In this document: in pieces, positions 47,770 through 58,711 of the stretch
Layout of the letters: each line of letters opens with the position of its first letter
Numbering within the stretch: position 1 is the stretch's first letter
IMG/VR virus record: IMGVR_UViG_3300042290_000544
DNA: 64,000 bases
Strand: one strand, 5' to 3'
Source: a virus
Translations under genes and position numbers: made by a program
Notes under the pieces: generated by a model
Database searches by the model: none
What the model was told of the DNA's origin: nothing
What the model saw: only the letters and a program-made list of their open reading frames with translations

Positions 47770-48204
47770 CTATTCAACTGTATTAACCAATAAGGACTTA
47801 CGGTACTTTGTGAGTTGAACACGAGTCACTCTTACACGAATCTGGTCATTGTAGTACTCGTCGGAGAGAATGGCATTTCTTTCCACCTGTTCCTTCATTT
47901 CTAAATAGGAACACTCGCTCTTGCTGGTGCATAGGTGCAGAATAATCCTACGGAAATTTATTTTGCCTATTTCATCTAAATCCTTTTGAAGTGCATTGCT
48001 GGAACCATAATAGGTCTTCCAGTCCGACTCAACAAGGATGCGCTTCTTTTTCTTCTTGACCGTTTTAAAGCCCTTAAAGAAAAAGAGTTTCTTTCCGACG
48101 TACTTACGACCATTCACGAGGTTCTCTATTAAATAGACGAACCCGTAAATTTTTTTTGGGTCTAATTCAATTGGTTCAAACGGAGAGTCATGATGAAGCC
48201 ACAT
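47770..48204 (-). CDS. GIY-YIG nuclease family protein
   Basis: GFVY.I.N..NGRKYVGKK, ESDWK.YYGSS and YYN motifs. Confidence 0.85.
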   Translation of the reverse strand: MWLHHDSPFEPIELDPKKIYGFVYLIENLVNGRKYVGKKLFFFKGFKTVKKKKKRILVESDWKTYYGSSNALQKDLDEIGKINFRRIILHLCTSKSECSYLEMKEQVERNAILSDEYYNDQIRVRVTRVQLTKYRKSLLVNTVE

Positions 48205-48217
48205 AATGGCTTATTTA

Positions 48218-48400
48218 TCATTCCTCGTCGATGTCGCCTTCTTCGCTGCAATGATTGCCGCACATTGGGCAATACTCGGGATAGTTCTCTACCGAAGTAT
48301 CCTCCTCACCTTCATCCACATCAGGATCGATAATCTCCTCTATGAATGAAATGGTGGAGGTGCAACCGCAGCAATAGCAATTAATTTGTACTTTAGGCAT
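48218..48400 (-). CDS. Small zinc-ribbon protein
   Basis: CxxC ... YCPMCG, acidic. Confidence 0.6.
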   Translation of the reverse strand: MPKVQINCYCCGCTSTISFIEEIIDPDVDEGEEDTSVENYPEYCPMCGNHCSEEGDIDEE

Positions 48401-50058
48401 TAGGCTTCGCAGGACGCGCAGTTAAGTAGGTTACGACCAAGCTCCTGAGCCGGGTGCGTTCCACGTTGGTAATAGAGTGTCTTAATCTTGTTCTCCCAGG
48501 CGTAGATCATAAGCTGATTTACTTCCTTCGGAGAGGTCTTTGGATGGACCATAAGGTTCAAGGACTGACCTTGATCAATGTATTTCTGGCGAGCAGAGGC
48601 TTGGATAATAATTTCCTTTTGAGAAATCTCACCGAATGTCTTGAAGACTTCTTTTTCCTCATTCGTGAGGAACTTTAGATGAAGTACCGAACCACCATGG
48701 GTCAGGATTGACTTCCATGTATCCTCATCGTTTCTATCGTGCTTCTTGAGCACGTCCTTGAGATATGGATTCTTATAGGTAAAGGAACCCTTGGCCAATT
48801 TCTTTACGAAGTAATTAGAATTCAATGGCTCAATTGACGGAGAAACCTGACCCAGAATAAAGCTGGATGAAGTGGTCGGAGCCACGGCAAGCGTGGTCAC
48901 ATTACGGCGACCGGTACCCTTCAAGAGTTCCGGCTCACCAAACTTTGCACCAAGCTCCAGAGTGGCTTTATCGGCACGTTCACGAATGACGCGCCAGATG
49001 CCCGTATTGAGCAGTTTGGCTTCAATGGATTCAAAACCGATGGACTTGGACTGTAGCAATGAGTGCCAGCCAAGAACACCAAGACCCAATGCGCGTTGAT
49101 TCTTTGCAAACTGGTGCGGAGCCTCCATAAACTTCATATCTGAAGTCTTATCCACGAACTCTTGGTTCACGGAATCAAGGAAGTAGATCATTGTCTCAAC
49201 GGCATCGGTCTCCTTAATTTCTTCCCAATGTAGGAGATTCAGAGAGGAAAGGACGCAGACGAATGACTCATCCTCATTGGATGAAAGACAGATTTCGGAA
49301 CAAAGATTGCTTGAATTAATCTTGCGCTTCTTTTCTTTGTAAATTGCAGGAGCTCCTTTATTGACGGTATCCGTAAAGAAGATGTAGGGATAACCAGTCT
49401 CAAAGCGTTTCTTAATGACATTCGTCCATGTCTCACGTTTATCCTTATCACCGGCAATCATGGACTCCATCCACTTGTCTGTAATGGTAATACCAATTGA
49501 CATATTCTGAATGGCATGACCGTCCGAACGAATCTGAAGGAATTCTGCCACATCTGGATGCTCGATTGGTAGATACGCAGCAAAGGAACCACGACGGGCG
49601 GAACCCTGTGAGATGACTTCGGCAATGGTATCAAACAGTTCCATGAAATGAACGGGACCCGAAGATTCACCGCCGACAGAGATGGGAGTACCGCGAGCAC
49701 GAAGGTCTCCGAAGTAACCCGAGGTACCTCCGCCATGCTTCGACATAATACCAACTTCTGCGGCCTTATTCAGGATGACTTCCATCTTGTCGCCAATATG
49801 GGAATTGAAGCAGGAGACTGGAAGACCGCGGTCATTACCATAGTTGGTCCATACCGGAGTGGAAAGTGAATAGAATCCACGTGCCATATAGTCCTCGAAC
49901 TTATCGGCAAAACCTTCAATATCCAACAGTTTCTCTGCACGGTCGGCAATCTGACGAATACGCTTTTCCGGAGTCATTCCTTCCTTCAGGTATCCTCTTT
50001 CAAGGAACTGACGCGAGTGCGTGTTTAGCCAATAGTATTTTTCTTGCGTGGAACTCAT
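48400..50058 (-). CDS. nrdA: Ribonucleotide reductase class I alpha subunit (no ATP cone)
   Basis: SCF, GGG, RRG..A, SNLCSEI, APT.SSS and KTLYY motifs; C-terminal CxxC. Confidence 0.95.
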   Translation of the reverse strand: MSSTQEKYYWLNTHSRQFLERGYLKEGMTPEKRIRQIADRAEKLLDIEGFADKFEDYMARGFYSLSTPVWTNYGNDRGLPVSCFNSHIGDKMEVILNKAAEVGIMSKHGGGTSGYFGDLRARGTPISVGGESSGPVHFMELFDTIAEVISQGSARRGSFAAYLPIEHPDVAEFLQIRSDGHAIQNMSIGITITDKWMESMIAGDKDKRETWTNVIKKRFETGYPYIFFTDTVNKGAPAIYKEKKRKINSSNLCSEICLSSNEDESFVCVLSSLNLLHWEEIKETDAVETMIYFLDSVNQEFVDKTSDMKFMEAPHQFAKNQRALGLGVLGWHSLLQSKSIGFESIEAKLLNTGIWRVIRERADKATLELGAKFGEPELLKGTGRRNVTTLAVAPTTSSSFILGQVSPSIEPLNSNYFVKKLAKGSFTYKNPYLKDVLKKHDRNDEDTWKSILTHGGSVLHLKFLTNEEKEVFKTFGEISQKEIIIQASARQKYIDQGQSLNLMVHPKTSPKEVNQLMIYAWENKIKTLYYQRGTHPAQELGRNLLNCASCEA

Positions 50059-50060
50059 AA

Positions 50061-51032
50061 TTAAAATAGATCAGATTGATTGAAGCTCTGCCCCTTCTTG
50101 GAGTATTCAATAGGACGTGAATGGAAGAAGTCGGTCATATTGTTACCGAGAATCTGTTCATCGAACCAAAGTGTTTTCTTAACCATTTCCTTATTGACAT
50201 CAAACAGCTTTTCAAAGCCAATCTGGACGAGGGATTCATTCATACGGTTCTTAATGAACTCTCGGAGAATGGGTGTGTTGAGACTTTCAACGCTATAACC
50301 ATTCATAATCCAATCAATGATCTTGCACTCATATTCAATGGCAAGGAGTGATTCAGAAATGATTTTCTCTTTGAGTTCGGCATCGAATAACTCGGGGTGC
50401 TCGTCGCGGATCGTATTAATGAGCTTAATGCCGATCATGGCATGGAGGTTCTCTTCACGAGAAGTATATTCCACTTGCTTATTGGTATCCTTAAGGAGAT
50501 TGCGGAAACGACCAAAGTAGCTAATAGTGTAGAACTGACTAAAAAGAGCAATGTTCTCAACGAACAGTGTGAACAGAATCAGCGAATAAACGAACTGTTT
50601 TTTCTTGTCGGGAGTAAATGGCTGGAGGTACTTACGAAGGTAGGTAACACGACCGCGAATAATGTCCTCTTGAAGAATACGATCGAACGAATCATCAATA
50701 CCTAAAACATCCAGGAGGCGTTCGTACGCATCACCATGGACAACTTCGGAGTTGGCCATTACATAACCGAGGTCGGTGATTGTAGGATGCGGAAGATTTT
50801 CACCCACCTTGGCCCAGAACTTCTTGACTGAAATCTCAAGCTGTCCGATGGTAGAAAGGGCACGAACAATAATCTCGCGTTCCTGAGGAGTCAGAGTGAC
50901 TTTGTAGTCCTGAATATCACTTTGAAAATTGAATTCTCTATGGGTCCAAAAACCATTTTGCATTGCCTCAATGTAGTCCTGCGTCCAAGGATAGTAGTCG
51001 GGTTTCCGGGAGATTTGTTCTTCAAAAATCAT
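50061..51032 (-). CDS. nrdB: Ribonucleotide reductase class I beta subunit
   Basis: E..H..AY, EE.LH and DFF..R..EY motifs. Confidence 0.95.
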   Translation of the reverse strand: MIFEEQISRKPDYYPWTQDYIEAMQNGFWTHREFNFQSDIQDYKVTLTPQEREIIVRALSTIGQLEISVKKFWAKVGENLPHPTITDLGYVMANSEVVHGDAYERLLDVLGIDDSFDRILQEDIIRGRVTYLRKYLQPFTPDKKKQFVYSLILFTLFVENIALFSQFYTISYFGRFRNLLKDTNKQVEYTSREENLHAMIGIKLINTIRDEHPELFDAELKEKIISESLLAIEYECKIIDWIMNGYSVESLNTPILREFIKNRMNESLVQIGFEKLFDVNKEMVKKTLWFDEQILGNNMTDFFHSRPIEYSKKGQSFNQSDLF

Positions 51033-51179
51033 AAGTCGTTAAAGTTTTGTTGTTGGGTTAATTAATTTGAATGTTGGTACAACAGTATATTGCCTACCCC
51101 TATTTGTAAACATCAAAATACGTTTAAGGTAGGTTATGTATATCATAACGCACCTTAGACCACAAGCTATTTTTTCTTT

Positions 51180-52641
51180 TTAGCGTCGGCGGATTGCTCT
51201 CAGAGCTCCGTTATCCGAATTACGAAGAACAATCACATGGTTGGGATTCTTCTTGGCGTATTCATAAATGCTGGTATGACCTTCGTTTTGCATATCAAGG
51301 TACTTTGACCAGTGTTCAAACTTAACCTTACCCTTTTCAAATTTATTGAACAATTTTGAATCAACATTGAACGCTTTGTATTTGCGGCGCATAAGCCCAC
51401 CCGATGTCGGTGGCATTGCCATGGTGGAACTATCTCCCGTTACATTTGCCGCAACTCCGCCTTCGTCTTCTTTAATGTTGCTCACAGCTTTTTAATGTTG
51501 TGGTTCGTTCCGTGGAAACCTTTACCCGATGCCGTACGGTTTACTTCAAACTTATCGCCGGTAGTTTTATGTTGGTATACGCTGGTACCAGAACCACCAA
51601 ATCCAGTGCGCACATGATTTACGCTATATGTTGAATGAAAGTGTTCGGCGTCCTTTTCATGTTTCGGAGTCGGAGCCGAAGTGGAATGATCACCCTTATG
51701 TCCGGCAACATAGTGCTTTGCAAACTCGGCAGACGCGGCATCGTGTTCAACGCGATTGTCCTTATCAAGGTTGTAACCCTCGGCGATTTCGTTGTACTGT
51801 TGAACTAGTGATTGTAAAAGTTTTGTTTCCATGTTAGATTTTTCTGAGAATTGAAACTACGTATTCATCTACTGGTACCTCGATCTTATCCGCTTCAGGA
51901 AGATAGTTGAGATAAACAAGAAATGTCTTTAGAACGGGCCATAACTCCTTTTCGATCTTGTAAAAGATCATCCGGTTTGCGGCTTCGATTCCGAAGACAT
52001 TATAGATAACAATGATGTGGTTGAGAACGAGCCTTTCCTGAACGATACCCGACTGCTGATATTTTCTTAGCAGTCTCTTGATATACTTGAACCTTGATAG
52101 GTCATCATAAAACTCATCAACGTCGAGACATTGTGGGTTGTCATAATTCTTTGCCGCGAACAACAAAAAATTCTCTTCATTTAGTTCTTCAAATACTTTC
52201 ATCGTGTTTATTTATCACGATGAAAGGTGAGATTTAAAGAGCAAGATGTTTTGCCAGTTTTGAGACCAACTGAGATTTCTTTTCCTTACCCGTGAGGATG
52301 ACTCCCGCATTTTTTGCCATAACCTGAAGTTCAAGTTTGGACATTTTTGTGAGGTCGGCTTTTGATACAGATTTGACACTGGGTGCTGGAGCTTCGGGTA
52401 CTGGATCCAACGCTTCGTCAAGAACTACTGGAGCATCGTCACACTTGAATTCTTCGTCGTATGTAAAATCCGATGTCTGTTTGCACCCACATTTGTTAGG
52501 GCAATCTGAATCCCCTGGGGTGCAAACTTTCACCGGTTCATTCTTTTCATCCAGCTTGTAATAATAGGATGCTGGTTCATCCTTGAAAAGATTAGTAATA
52601 CCTTTCCAACAATCTTTAATTGATTCAATCACGTTTTTCAT
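51180..52641 (-). other. Four small conserved late ORFs (51180-51485, 51482-51832, 51834-52202, 52234-52641)
   Basis: Abutting ORFs; 51834-52202 has the F..DL.RFKYIKRL and ERL.LNH motifs seen in T4-like phages. Confidence 0.65.
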
Positions 52642-52662
52642 ATCTTTTATTTTGTGGTTATG

Positions 52663-54726
52663 TTATTCCGAGTGGATTACTTTATGCGGTGAACCGTGGC
52701 CAATACGATCCCCGTGAAATAATTCAACACGGTGAGGTCCTTTTGCATATTCTTTTGCTTTTTTTAGTATATTAGAGTGCGATCCGCGTACAACGGTCTT
52801 ATTGCTCATTCCAACCTCATCATACGATCCGTCGGAATTTTTACGAGTTACAATTGCTGTCATGCCCTCATTTGTCATCGCATTTTCATGGATATCAGCG
52901 TAGTCATTATGCTGTTTAGAAATAGCTAAGTGTTTATGGCTCATTTTATTCTCAGCATCGCTTGATGAAGCGGCAGTGTGCATATGCACTAAATCATGAA
53001 GATTTGCTGCGTGGCTGTGTGCTTTCTTAGAGCCAAGCCTATGAGCCAAAGTACTAGCAGTATTTGCTGCATGTACTAGAGCTTTAAGATGGTCTGTGTC
53101 GACTGCATCAATCGGACGAACATCTTCATTTGTCATTACGGGAGCTGTAATAACTTTGACCTTTGGAAGAGCAGCAGATGAATTGGCTGCGGCTGGTTTA
53201 TCAGCTGGGCTTACCTTATCACCACCGTCCTGAGCAGCGCCTGGAACACCATCTTTGATTTCTGTTTCATCATCGGCGTCATCTTTCATCTTCTGTGTTG
53301 CAGGATCCATGACTTCCGGACCCGCTTCTGCATCAGCCGCGGTACCTTCCTCAACTGATTTCTTTCCGTAGTGTTTTGCTGCTGCATCGCTTGCCTCTCT
53401 GTCTTGATCCGCCGAAACAAGATGAAGCATATGATGGTTGTACATACTCCGATGGAATTCATGATGGATATTAGCTGCGCCTCGAACCATCGGATCGTGG
53501 TGTTGGTGAGCGTACACGCGGTAGTGTTCTGCTGCTAGATGGTGAGCATGCTGAGCATCCTCATGATGCGTGTCCGACCCGGACGAATGAGCCAGGGCGG
53601 TTAACTCATTTGCTTTGTTCGTGAGGTTATGTGCATGAGGATCTCCTGCAACATTTTCATTAACCATTTCGGTATCTGAAAAATTAGTGGATTCATTAAA
53701 ACTATGCCAGTGATTCATATCATGCGAATCTTGCGGAAATCCATGATGAGGAATACCGTGTTTATTTCGAAGAGAACGCATCTTAGAAAGTTTATTATCG
53801 ATTACCTTGCGTGAAGGGTTTTGTGCATAAGACACTGCATTATGAAGTCTGCTATGAGCCATCATATCAGCTTTATGTTCGGCTCCGTGTTTCTTTTCAA
53901 CGTGCTTTTCAATAGCTTTCTTTTTACTGTGTGCACGGTCGTCATCGGCCATATAACCACCAGAAGCAGCATCAGCATGACGGCCATGAAGGTGCCAAAT
54001 GGAATGTGTGTTGGCAGCTTCATTAATAGATTCATTCTCATTGACCATTGCAGCGTATGTTGCAGCAACGGAAGCAATGGTTTGTTCACCCGTCATTTTT
54101 GGCTTCTCATCTTCGTTTTCATCTTCGCCCTTGTTATCGGCGTCATGGTCGCTTGGACCACCCATGTTGTCTGCATCGGGTTCTGGATGTTCTTCTTCGG
54201 AATCTTCTTCCTTTTCTTCGCCGCGAAGTTTCTTGAGGTCTTCACCATCAATTTTACCGTTCTTATTCACATCAAGCTTGTGTTGATTTCCGACAAGCTT
54301 TTCGGCCATTTCTGCACGTTTGTCGCCTGGTGCTTCGGAAGCAGAAATTCTCTGCATTTCTTCTGCATCCTTTTCTTTTTCATCGTGATTGTCCATCTTG
54401 ATCTCTTCTGCATCCTCTTCCTTGACTTCGGAAGGAACCTCATCGGATGCTTGCTTTAATGCATTTTCTGTATCCATGTCCTGAATCTTTTTGGACTTGT
54501 TGTCGTCTTCTTTATTGGTTTCTTCTTTAACAGTGATACCGTATCTCTTACCATCAAATTTAACAATGGACTTATTGGCCTTACGGGCTTCGGTTACGGC
54601 TTGAACAAATGCTGGTACACTTTCTTCGGTAATGGAAGCTGGTACCCACTTTGGACGGGCAACTGCTTGTGGAGGATTTACCATCTTGCGATAGGCATCG
54701 GCGATAATCTGAGTGATTGTTGACAT
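52663..54726 (-). CDS. Acidic/His-rich modular protein, probable internal head protein
   Basis: Low-complexity modules, LDVNKNGKIDGEDLKKLR motif, repeated xNE/xEE sites. Confidence 0.6.
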   Translation of the reverse strand: MSTITQIIADAYRKMVNPPQAVARPKWVPASITEESVPAFVQAVTEARKANKSIVKFDGKRYGITVKEETNKEDDNKSKKIQDMDTENALKQASDEVPSEVKEEDAEEIKMDNHDEKEKDAEEMQRISASEAPGDKRAEMAEKLVGNQHKLDVNKNGKIDGEDLKKLRGEEKEEDSEEEHPEPDADNMGGPSDHDADNKGEDENEDEKPKMTGEQTIASVAATYAAMVNENESINEAANTHSIWHLHGRHADAASGGYMADDDRAHSKKKAIEKHVEKKHGAEHKADMMAHSRLHNAVSYAQNPSRKVIDNKLSKMRSLRNKHGIPHHGFPQDSHDMNHWHSFNESTNFSDTEMVNENVAGDPHAHNLTNKANELTALAHSSGSDTHHEDAQHAHHLAAEHYRVYAHQHHDPMVRGAANIHHEFHRSMYNHHMLHLVSADQDREASDAAAKHYGKKSVEEGTAADAEAGPEVMDPATQKMKDDADDETEIKDGVPGAAQDGGDKVSPADKPAAANSSAALPKVKVITAPVMTNEDVRPIDAVDTDHLKALVHAANTASTLAHRLGSKKAHSHAANLHDLVHMHTAASSSDAENKMSHKHLAISKQHNDYADIHENAMTNEGMTAIVTRKNSDGSYDEVGMSNKTVVRGSHSNILKKAKEYAKGPHRVELFHGDRIGHGSPHKVIHSE

Positions 54727-54756
54727 ATTTTTAACTATTGATTGTTGGAGAGTCTA

Positions 54757-55194
54757 TTAGCAATTCCATTTGCGTAGGGCAAGAGCCTTACGTGTGGGTC
54801 TACCTTTTTTATCCTTCATGGGACCTTTGACGCCGCTCATTCTGGCGCAAAAACTCTTACGGCGACCTGCAGCTTTGCTACCCGGTTTTAGCTTGCTCGG
54901 CTTTGTTGTGACGGGCGCCTTTAGATTGCTGCCAGTCTCTCTATTGTATGCGTCACGACCTTTTTGAGTGAGACCACCAGTAGAACTTTTATGGCCTTTG
55001 GCGTCGATTGCAGCCTCGAAGAGTTCGGTATCATCTACCGATTCAAAATCTTCCCAGATGACTTCAGGATCTACGTTGTTCTTTTCGGCAAGGTCCATTA
55101 CCATTTCCTCAATGGTATCAAATTGTTCATCAAGAACAATCATCTGTTTGTAGGATTCTGCGACGGATAAAATGGTGTTTGGAAGTTGAGCCAT
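54757..55194 (-). CDS. Conserved virion-type protein (DUF6321-like)
   Basis: GGL..KG, RRKSFCARM.G and ALRKWNC motifs. Confidence 0.7.
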   Translation of the reverse strand: MAQLPNTILSVAESYKQMIVLDEQFDTIEEMVMDLAEKNNVDPEVIWEDFESVDDTELFEAAIDAKGHKSSTGGLTQKGRDAYNRETGSNLKAPVTTKPSKLKPGSKAAGRRKSFCARMSGVKGPMKDKKGRPTRKALALRKWNC

Positions 55195-55213
55195 GGGAAA
55201 CTATATTTATATT

Positions 55214-55504
55214 TTATTTGCGAGCAAACCACATACCGATGACGGTTGCACCGATTGCCGACATTCCGATCCAGAAGAATCGGTTAATAAAGGATAGACC
55301 TGATGCCGTCTCGCTGGTGTTTCTTTCTACCTGGAGTAGGCGTTCCTCAAATTTGAGCATTTTCTCCATAAGGAACTTCTTGTCATTTTCGAGTTGAATC
55401 AGTTTTTCTTCGGCACGGGCCAATGAAATAATTGCCTCGGCAAGCTTGTCGATCTTCGACTCAATCCGATCAAGTCGTTGTTGGGTTTCTACTGTTTTAG
55501 TCAT
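55214..55504 (-). CDS. Coiled-coil plus C-terminal TM protein
   Basis: RLDRIE.KIDKL; hydrophobic C-terminus. Confidence 0.65.
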   Translation of the reverse strand: MTKTVETQQRLDRIESKIDKLAEAIISLARAEEKLIQLENDKKFLMEKMLKFEERLLQVERNTSETASGLSFINRFFWIGMSAIGATVIGMWFARK

Positions 55505-56895
55505 TATGATTTATTGGCAACGTTATATTTGACTTTTCTGAAGATGCTTTCATCTGAACTAATGGCTCCAATAAGGTTCTGGAGCAATTCAAAGAGAACG
55601 TCTTTTTCAGCAGTTGTTGTAACCGGAATTTTGTTATCCAGTTTCTTAATCGCACGTGTAACAGTATTTAGTTTAAGGCGGTCAAGGAGACCAAGACGGA
55701 CAAGCATCTGCATATGGGCAAGTTCCTTTGCATCGTTATTAGAAGCAACATCCTCATTTACCTGCTCGGTGGCATATTCCTTCTCTGCTTCCGGTTGGTC
55801 GTCGTAGAGGTCCTGAGTGTACTCAACATATGAATGAACGTCATCCATTTGATCACGCGCACTTGTAATTTTTGCTTGGATCCAGGCTTCCAGTTCATCC
55901 TCATCATCCATTGAATCGGCAAGGTCCTTGGCCATATCGGCAATCTTAAGGAGCTGTCCCTTGGCCATAATGATTTCCTCTTGATCGTCGTCATGCTCGG
56001 CTTCCTCATTTACTGAACCTTCGCCAGCCTTCAGCTTGCTTACCATATCTAAATGGAATTTCTGAGCAGCAGTATCACCACGTTTACCGGCATTCACTGC
56101 CATCTGTGAATGTTTTGTGATTTTAAGGTTTAGTTTCTCATCGGCTGCTTCGGCTGCCATTTCCACGGCTTCCTTGAGCCCCTGTTTCACAAGGCGATGT
56201 GCCATAAACTTGTGAAGTGTTGACGAACGATTATGGCTTTTTGCCATAGCCTCAAGTGGCTTCAATTCGCTTGCTTCACCACCCGATTTAATATGGGCCG
56301 CAATCTTCTTTTCATACGCCGATGCAGCTTTTGCGTGTGCATCGGAAGCGCGGACGTGCGTTGAGATTGACGGGTTCAGTTTGGCTTTCTGAGAGAACTT
56401 AGCAGCCTTGACTCCGTGTGCCGATTCATCAAGACTTTCCTCGGTGCCTTCTTTAACACCTTCTTTTGGTACGCAGTTTGGAACCTTTCTGCCATTCTTC
56501 ATCTTCATTCCGATTGCTTCATAACCCTTCCAGCACGCATTTTCAAGGTCCTCTTCCATACGAGTGACGGGCTTCTTTGCATTTTCTGCATCCCGGTTTT
56601 TGGCAACTTCAAACTTAGCATCCATGTGTTTATGGAACGCATCATTGTCACCGGCAGCCTTTGCTGCTTGAGCTGCTGCGTGATGCTTGGCCATATCTTC
56701 GGCTGAACCTTCTTTTACAAGATTCTTGTAGAGCCCACCCGGACCAGCTAAACTCTTTTTCTTGGCTGGCTTCTTCCATTTAGAATCAAATTCTGATTTG
56801 GACATTGCACCTGCATTGACGCGTGCCATGTCTGAGCTCTTTTTCTTTGAGGCTTCTTCTAAGTTAGATTCGCGGATTTGTTTGATGCTTTTCAT
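55504..56895 (-). CDS. Modular probable internal head protein
   Basis: CWKGY..IG.K.K.G..VPNCVP and LEAW.Q.KIT modules; MKSIKQIRE start. Confidence 0.65.
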   Translation of the reverse strand: MKSIKQIRESNLEEASKKKSSDMARVNAGAMSKSEFDSKWKKPAKKKSLAGPGGLYKNLVKEGSAEDMAKHHAAAQAAKAAGDNDAFHKHMDAKFEVAKNRDAENAKKPVTRMEEDLENACWKGYEAIGMKMKNGRKVPNCVPKEGVKEGTEESLDESAHGVKAAKFSQKAKLNPSISTHVRASDAHAKAASAYEKKIAAHIKSGGEASELKPLEAMAKSHNRSSTLHKFMAHRLVKQGLKEAVEMAAEAADEKLNLKITKHSQMAVNAGKRGDTAAQKFHLDMVSKLKAGEGSVNEEAEHDDDQEEIIMAKGQLLKIADMAKDLADSMDDEDELEAWIQAKITSARDQMDDVHSYVEYTQDLYDDQPEAEKEYATEQVNEDVASNNDAKELAHMQMLVRLGLLDRLKLNTVTRAIKKLDNKIPVTTTAEKDVLFELLQNLIGAISSDESIFRKVKYNVANKS

Positions 56896-57797
56896 GATTG
56901 TTTACGGAATTTGCTTAATGGAATACCTTGACTCGATGGTATTCTAATTTTTGGTTGATAGATTGGAAATGCTTTTTCTTCTAATTTCTGGTCTTCCTGA
57001 ATGATGACCTTTTTCTCGACAAGCTCCACGGCATTCAGCCATTTACGGACCTTCTTGCCATCCGTGAGTTCGACAATAAGATAATTGGATCCACAGTGAG
57101 TAATCTTGCCAACCTCTTCGGATTCCTTAATGACAACATCGTCGCCAATTTCAAAGAGTTCTCCAGACACATATGCTTCTCTACGGTCGCCAACGGATTC
57201 CAGCTGGATGTGTTTACGGAAGTTGCGTGATTCCTTGAGGCCAAGCCCATTACGGACGGCATTAAAATAATCTTCGCATTCCGCAAAGTCGGCTGGAAGC
57301 CCCTTTGAAAAGGTCTCAAGGTCATTTGCAATCGCAGCAGCACGTAATTTTGATTCCGAAAGGATATTGTTGCATTCTGTTGCCGCAACAACCTTGACGC
57401 CACCTTTAAAGGTAAATGCAAAACCATTATAGCTATCGAGGAGTGCTTGGTACTCAACCACTCTGTCGGCAGGAGCAACCATGGTGGCACCAGTAAATCC
57501 TTGTTCAAACAGTTTTGTGCAGATGGCAAGAGGACCATCAACATCATCGCTCATAATGTTCCGAGCATATTTCGGAGACATTTTGCGCATCCACTTCACC
57601 TTTTCTTCAAGCTTGAGCGGATTGTTCTTTTGGTCATCGACATGAGAAGTATAGATGCGATATGTTTTACCGTTCGCAATCTTTGCTACATTCTCAATGA
57701 GGTCTTCACTCTCGATCGTGGGCGGATTAAATTTGCCAAAGGTAAAAACAACTTCCTTTGTCACCGACTCACTTACAAATTGTATAAAGGACTTCAT
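56892..57797 (-). CDS. Cytidylyltransferase-like (HIGH-fold) virion protein, degenerate motif
   Basis: FTFGKFNPPT, KNNPL, S.SKLR motifs; MKSFIQFVSE start. Confidence 0.75.
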   Translation of the reverse strand: MKSFIQFVSESVTKEVVFTFGKFNPPTIESEDLIENVAKIANGKTYRIYTSHVDDQKNNPLKLEEKVKWMRKMSPKYARNIMSDDVDGPLAICTKLFEQGFTGATMVAPADRVVEYQALLDSYNGFAFTFKGGVKVVAATECNNILSESKLRAAAIANDLETFSKGLPADFAECEDYFNAVRNGLGLKESRNFRKHIQLESVGDRREAYVSGELFEIGDDVVIKESEEVGKITHCGSNYLIVELTDGKKVRKWLNAVELVEKKVIIQEDQKLEEKAFPIYQPKIRIPSSQGIPLSKFRKQS

Positions 57798-57799
57798 TA

Positions 57800-58252
57800 T
57801 TACTTAGAAGGCTTCTTTTTCAGACGGTTCCGCTTTTTTTCACGATCCTTATCCGCTAAACCGTGGAGAGTTTTAATAATCGCTAGCTCGCGGCTTCTTC
57901 CAACACTTACGTTATCCGTTTCTTCTTCGAGACCAAAGTGTTTTGCAACATGTCTATCGCCGTGGCGGTAGCGAAGAATATCACCGATCATTGCTCTTTT
58001 ACCACCAACCTCAGCTGGAGTGTATTTTGAATGAACCCTACCTAGTGTTCCCTGATGAATCTTATGGACTTCATCGGTGGATTTGCTCTTTAGGTTCTCG
58101 TGATCTTTCTTGATGTCGGCCTGTCTACGGGTATCAAGAGCATCATTCTCTTCATCCATAGGACGGCGCTTACGCTTCATTGCGTTAAGGTCCTGCTGTT
58201 CTGATTCGCCGCCGGTATACTGTACTGGAGTAAAGTCTTTAAAGCTTAACAT
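57800..58252 (-). CDS. Hypothetical late protein
   Basis: MLSFKDF start; late promoter at ~58314-58321. Confidence 0.6.
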   Translation of the reverse strand: MLSFKDFTPVQYTGGESEQQDLNAMKRKRRPMDEENDALDTRRQADIKKDHENLKSKSTDEVHKIHQGTLGRVHSKYTPAEVGGKRAMIGDILRYRHGDRHVAKHFGLEEETDNVSVGRSRELAIIKTLHGLADKDREKKRNRLKKKPSK

Positions 58253-58357
58253 GATAGTTTCGAGTTTCCCATAGGTAACAATGGAATTACTGTTACCCGT
58301 TTATGTAGAATACTATTTATACATTGTCAATGCTTTCGGTTTTATAAATATACCTGC

Positions 58358-58663
58358 ATGAAATACACTACACTTCTTATCCTTGCAGTTATTACTGCTC
58401 TCCTCACCGGTTGCGGAACTGTTGATTCGGCGTACCAATCCACAAAGGGTATTGGTTCTGCTGCTATCGGCGGCGTAGGCAATATCGTCGGCAATGGCGC
58501 GTCGGATGCTTCCAAGACTCTTGGAGTCGCTTCTGAAGCCACCGGCAAAGTTGTTTCTGGCGCGGGTAGAGTTGTTGGCGGCGGTCTCGATCTTATTGGC
58601 GGCGTCGTAAAAGGCACCTCCGACATTATTGCTCCTTCGACACCAGCTCCAAAACAGTACTAA
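58358..58663 (+). CDS. Gly-rich lipoprotein
   Basis: Lipobox LTGC; TATAAATA upstream. Confidence 0.75.
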   Translation: MKYTTLLILAVITALLTGCGTVDSAYQSTKGIGSAAIGGVGNIVGNGASDASKTLGVASEATGKVVSGAGRVVGGGLDLIGGVVKGTSDIIAPSTPAPKQY

Positions 58664-58711
58664 TCGTTTAGGTAAATCTTAACAACATTGACCCCGGGAG
58701 CAATCTCGGGG

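Noticed and set aside
48400-51032. Introns or inteins in nrdA/nrdB
   Set aside because: Both frames are continuous and compact; the GIY-YIG gene is free-standing.
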